A DNA stretch of 64,000 nucleotides from positions 1,488,001 through 1,552,000 of the forward strand of contig JAQGDQ010000004.1 of NCBI GenBank assembly GCA_030141605.1, written 5' to 3'. Of the stretch, positions 61,901-64,000 are shown piece after piece; the first letter of the stretch is position 1; every line of letters starts with the position of its first letter. The DNA is from Tubiluchus corallicola. Lineage: Eukaryota > Animalia > Priapulida. Made by a program: the position numbers and the translations under genes. The notes under the pieces were generated by a model that was given only the letters and a program-made list of their open reading frames with translations, was not told the origin of the DNA and searched no databases.

Positions 61901-64000
61901 GAATGTATCGTGTACTCCTTCCTTTACGTGGGTCGGAAACAATAGAACTCGGAAATACTTATACATGTATATGGTTAACATAGAGGAAAAATCATGGAAA
62001 GATTTATTTTTGAATGTGAAATGGACGTGCGACTATAGATACAGGAGCGTTTTGTTTTGACCAATTAATATCGCTTTTTACTTCTGAAAAAACGTAGAAT
62101 TTAGTGCGAAAAATCAACATAGAAGAATGTATTACGTGATAATCACGACAATTCTAATTTTTCTACTCAGGCCTGTTATATATTCGACGTACTACAGTAC
62201 AACACTATATATAATTAAAATTACGTGCGATTAACTATAACATAAAATAGCCTAATATAATAATTATGTAGCTTACATTCTATATCAGCATCATCTAAAC
62301 GCATAAAATAAAAAACAGTTTGCTAGAATTTATCGAGGATTTTTCCGCAGTGCAATAATGGGGCCATGATGTGTCGGCACTCAGCAAACAGAAGGCTGAA
62401 TTACACCAAATAAAATAATTAAGTTTTTAATGATCTCTCTCGCTACAGGCAGAGTATATCAATGAGTGTCGCTCCGGGTTATTAGAGGGTAGTTGCGGAA
62501 TTCCTCAGATACGCTAGGACGAGCGGAGAGGCCTTATTCCGTAAAAAAGAAAAAAGTAAATGAAAAATTAGATTCTTGGTTTTGACATTAGCTTTTTTAT
62601 TGTTCTTTTTTTGTTCAGCGTAGCAGATGTTGCAATTCCGCAATGGATCCACCACCATGTGAAGAGTTATTATCATCTCAACAGCATTAGATGGACAATA
62701 CTCTGTCTTTATAATGCTTGCTTTGGGCTGGATTGTTGCTAATTACGAACGCGCAGCACACTTTATGATCCATTTGGCGTATCGTACAAGCCAAATTTAT
62801 TCCGCTAATTCAGTCATTTGCCGCTAGGGGAATTACGAATTCATTATTGAAAATGTTTATGACAGGACATTAGAACTGCTCGCATTGGTCGCGGTCTCTT
62901 ATATTATTTTAATCTAAAACCATTAAATTTTTTCTCAAAACACTACACGGAGTAATAAAAGTTATTACCGTTTCAAGGTTTTCTATTGTTCGTGACAGTT
63001 TCTGGTTTATTAGTTTTACTGACTTCCTTACAAAGATAGGGTAGGCGTGTAGCGTTCCGGCCCCCATATTTTAAATTTTCTTAAATTTAATTAGGCTAAA
63101 GTGTGACTTAATAAAAGGTTAATGACAAATAATAACGACGAAAGGTAGACAAAACTTGTCGTAACATTTCACTGCAGCTCCGTAAGCCTCTGTCATTTCT
63201 TACTATAAATACTAAAGTGTAAAACTGCCAAAACTGCCATACTAAATAGTCAGTTTTACAATGCATAATAATTACACACATTACACATATTTAATATTTT
63301 GATAATATTTAATAATTTGAACGTGTTTTTCTCTTCGAAAAATGGAGTTCACTCCATTAGGCTGGAAATCGTTTTGCAGTTACATTGAAACAAGATAACT
63401 TCAAACTTTTAATATAAGTTACAAACAATGCCAGAAACGACTATTTTAGCTGAACGAAAAATTCAGGTGTGTAGAGACTACACGAAGCATTTTACCTGGT
63501 TAAGGAGCACATGATTTATTTGCAAAACATTACATGTGCAATGTTTGCACAGGAGAATGGTAGAGGAGAATACATTATATAAAAATTATTTATGCCAATT
63601 CAAACTTTTTCGGCTGGACGAAATGAATTCATGAAGTAAATCTCAAAATAAGAATTTCATTTTTTTTATGTTCTACTTTACATATGCGGTGCTTTATTAT
63701 GTTACTCGACAAGCTTGTTTTTAGAAGGACTCATTCACTTTTTGATAGAATTTGATAAGACATGTTTCATCTTTTCTTCGTAATCTACCTTATGCCACAC
63801 TAAAACTAAGTTTCGGTAACAACACACAGGATGACTAAAAGTTTAAACACTGTATTTTAGTTTATGTTTCATAATAAAGTATCGCACGCGTAAAATAAAA
63901 CATAAAACATGCCTTAAGAGATTATTACATTGCTTAATTTTGTGAACATTGTATACAGCAATATTCTATTCAGACTTTCTACATCATTCCTGTCAAACCT

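Overview
AT-rich, intron-containing eukaryotic DNA from an invertebrate bilaterian (inferred from gene content; the species cannot be identified). It contains four spliced genes. (1) The 5' end (2 exons) of CFAP52/WDR16 on the - strand, with a decayed, internally deleted Gypsy LTR retrotransposon in its intron 2. (2) Head-to-head with it, a complete selenoprotein T gene on + (4 coding exons, about 198 aa) with an in-frame TGA in a CxxU motif, which the ORF track splits, and a type II SECIS hairpin at about 11075-11166. (3) A GH18 chitinase on + (about 1000 aa) with an intact DxDxE motif but a GGW->GGA change, an 8x40-aa Thr/Glu repeat linker and two 8-cysteine CBM14-like domains. (4) An unc-4/Uncx paired-like homeobox gene on + (3 exons, about 393 aa) in gene-poor flanks with candidate enhancers. 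The rest is hAT-type MITEs, a tRNA-Thr-derived repeat family, a LINE remnant, and micro/minisatellites. I found no wholly new system. The strongest hidden signal is the Sec recoding unit, which is a known mechanism. The most unusual features are the chitinase variants, the conserved-looking Uncx C-terminal block and the SelT 3'UTR architecture.
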